A DNA stretch of 64,000 bases from Nemertoderma westbladi (lineage: Eukaryota; Animalia; Xenacoelomorpha), in the NCBI GenBank assembly GCA_032718475.1, contig JAUCBJ010002989.1, positions 1-64,000 on the forward strand, written 5' to 3'. This document shows, piece after piece, positions 61,001 through 64,000 of this stretch (its first letter is position 1; every line of letters begins with the position of its first letter). A program made the translations under genes and the position numbers. The notes under the pieces are model-generated. The model did not search any database and had not been told where the DNA came from. It saw only the letters and a program-made list of their open reading frames with translations.

Positions 61001-64000
61001 CCAATAATGGTCTGTTTAGCACTCCTGTTGCAAACATCCAATAATGGTCTGTTCAGCATCCGGTTGCAAACATCCAATAATGGTCTGTTCAGCACTCCGG
61101 ATGCAAACATCCAATAATGGTCTGTTCAGCACTCCGGATGCAAACATCCAATAATGGTCTGTTCAGCACTCGCGTTGCAAACATCACTAATGGTCTGTTC
61201 TGGATCCGGTTGTAAACATCCAATAATGGTCTGTTCAGCACTCCGGATGCAAACATCCAATAATGGTCTGTTCTGCACTCCTGTTGCAAACATCCAATAA
61301 TGGTCTGTTTAGCACTCCTGTTGCAAACATCCAATAATGGTCTGTTCAGCATCCGGTTACAAACATCCAATAATGGTCTGTTCTGCACTCCTGTTGCAAA
61401 CATCCAATAATGGTCTGTTTAGCACTCCTGTTGCAAACATCCAATAATGGTCTGTTCTGCACTCCTGTTGCAAACATCCAATAATGGTCTGTTTAGCACT
61501 CCTGTTGCAAACATCCAATAATGGTCTGTTCAGCATCCGGTTGCAAACATCCAATAATGGTCTGTTCAGCATCCGGTTGCAAACATCCAATAATGGTCTG
61601 TTCTGCACTCCTGTTGCAAACATCCAATAATGGTCTGTTTAGCACTCCTATTGCAAACATCCAATAATGGTCTGTTCAGCATCCGGTTGCAAACATCCAA
61701 TAATGGTCTGTTCAGCATCCGGTTGCAAACATCCAATAATGGTCTGTTCTGCACTCCTGTTGCAAACATCCAATAATGGTCTGTTCTGCACTCCTGTTGC
61801 AAACATCCAATAATGGTCTGTTCTGCACTCCTGTTGCAAACATCCAATAATGGTATGTTCTGCACTCCGGTTGCAAACATCCAATAATGGTCTGTTCAGC
61901 ATCCGGTTGCAAACATCCAATAGTGGTCTGTTCAGCACTCCGGATGCAAACATCCAATAATGGTCTGTTCTGCACTCCTGTTGCAAACATCCAATAATGG
62001 TCTGTTCAGCATCCGGTTGCAAACATCTAATAATGGTCTGTTCTGCACTCCGGTTGCAAACATCCAATAATGGTCTGTTCAGCATCCGGTTGCAAACATC
62101 CAATAATGGTCTGTTCAGCATCCGGTTGCAAACATCTAATAATGGTCTGTTCTGCACTCCGGTTGCAAACATCCAATAATGGTCTGTTCAGCATCCGGTT
62201 GCAAACATCCAATAATGGTCTGTTCAGCACTCCGGATGCAAACATCCAATAATGGTCTGTTCTGCACTCCGGTTGCAAACATCCAATAATGGTCTGTTCA
62301 GCATCCGGTTGCAAACATCCAATAATGGTCTGTTCTGCACTCCTGTTGCAAACATCCAATAATAGTCTGTTCTGCACTCCTGTTGCAAACATCCAATAAT
62401 GGTCTGTTCTGCAGTCCTGTTGCAAACATCCAATAATGGTCTGTTCAGCATCCGGTTGCAAACATCCAATGATGGTCTGTTCTGCACTCCTGTTGCAAAC
62501 ATCCAATAATGGTCTGTTCTGCACTCCTGTTGCAAACATCCAATAATGGTCTGTTCTGCACTCCGCTTGCAAACATCCAATAATGGTCTGTTCTGCACTC
62601 CGGTTGCAAACATCCAATAATGGTCTGTTCAGCATCCGGTTGCAAACATCCAATAATGGTCTGTTCAGCACACCGGATGCAAACATCCAATAATGGTCTG
62701 TTCTGCACTCCTGTTGCAAACATCCAATAATGGTCTCTTCAGCATCCGGTTGCAAACATCCAATAATGGTCTGTTCTGCACTCCTGTTGCAAACATCCAA
62801 TAATGGTCTGTTCTGCACTCCTGTTGCAAACATCCAATAATGGTTTGTTCAGCACTCCGGATGCAAACATCCAATAATGGTCTGTTCTGCACTCCTGTTG
62901 CAAACATCCAATAATGGTCTGTTCAGCATTCGGTTGCAAACATCCAATAATGGTCTGTTCTGCACTCCTGTTGCAAACATCCAATAATGGTCTGTTCTGC
63001 ACTCCTGTTGCAAACATCCAATAATGGTCTGTTCAGCATCCGGTTACAAACATCCAATAATGGTCTGTTCAGCATCCGGTTACAAACATCCACTAATGGT
63101 CTGTTCAGCATCCGGTTGCAAACATCCAATAATGGTCTGTTCAGCATCCGGTTGCAAACATCCAATAATGGTCTGTTCAGCATCCGGTTGCAAACATCCA
63201 ATAATGGTCTGTTCAGCACTCCGGATGCAAACATCCAATAATGGTCTATTCAGCACTCCGGTTGCAAACATCCAATAATGGTCTGTTCAGCATCCGGTTG
63301 CAAACATCCAATAATGGTCTGTTCTGCACTCCTGTTGCAAACATCCAATAATGGTCTGTTCAGCATCCGGTTGCAAACATCCACTAATGGTCTGTTCTGC
63401 ACTCCTGTTGCAAACTTCCAATAATGGTCTGTTTAGCACTCCGGTTGCAAACATCCAATAATGGTCTGTTTAGCACTCCTGTTGCAAACATCCAATAATG
63501 GTCTGTTCTGCACTCCTGTTGCAAACATCCAATAATGGTCTGTTTAGCACTCCGGTTGCAAACATCCAATAATGGTCTGTTTAGCACTCCGGTTGCAAAC
63601 ATCCAATAATGGTCTGTTTAGCACTCCGGTTGCAAACATCCAATAATGGTCTGTTTAGCACTCCTGTTGCAAACATCCAATAATGGTCTGTTCTGCACTC
63701 CTGTTGCAAACATCCAATAATGGTCTGTTTAGCACTCCGGTTGCAAACATCCAATAATGGTCTGTTTAGCACTCCGGTTGCAAACATCCAATAATGGTCT
63801 GTTCAGCACTCCGGTTGCAAACATCCACTAATGGTCTGTTCAGCACTCCGGATGCAAACATCCAATAATGGTCTATTCAGCATCCGGTTACAAACATCCA
63901 ATAATGGTCTGTTCTGCACTCCTATTTTCATCCGGTTACAAACATCCAATAATGGTCTGTTCAGCACTCCGGATGCAAACATCCAATAATGGTCTGTTCA
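46017..64000. repeat. 36/37-bp satellite of at least 18 kb (~490 copies), RTE-derived, runs off the window end
   Basis: Unit ttcagca(c)tccggttgcaaacatccaataatggtctg; the 36-bp form translates on the minus strand as LNRPLLDVCNRM. Confidence 0.97.

Noticed and set aside
46017-64000. CRISPR-like 36-37-bp repeats containing gttgcaaac
   Set aside because: Units are head-to-tail with no unique spacers, there are no cas genes, the context is eukaryotic, and the unit traces to an RTE RT.

Overview
Metazoan eukaryotic genomic DNA (AT-rich, spliceosomal introns; species not determinable from sequence alone). The + strand carries most of one classical dynamin gene (DNM1/2/3-shibire type: GTPase, stalk, PH, GED, proline-rich tail). 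I reconstructed it from 13 constitutive exons plus one cassette position between 4382 and the stop at 43622-43624; the first ~78 codons are not in the window. Key findings: (1) the exon encoding the start of the stalk occurs as three divergent, intact, same-phase copies (14699, 26289, 27176), a candidate mutually exclusive exon cluster at a position different from the vertebrate 10a/10b pair. (2) Several intronic minisatellites are amplified copies of the gene's own splice junctions: about 72 units, most with a consensus CAG|GTAAGT donor and each shaped like a 31-nt mini-intron, and 54 in-frame decoy acceptors. (3) An array of at least 18 kb (36/37-bp unit) is amplified from 12 codons of an RTE reverse transcriptase and still carries its parental flank. 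The introns also hold two RTE families (one with a self-insertion), another LINE fragment, hAT and Tc1/mariner-type MITEs, a foldback-like element, a Helentron-like element and tRNA-derived relics. Roughly half the window is tandem repeat. Most ORFs in the track are repeat artefacts.
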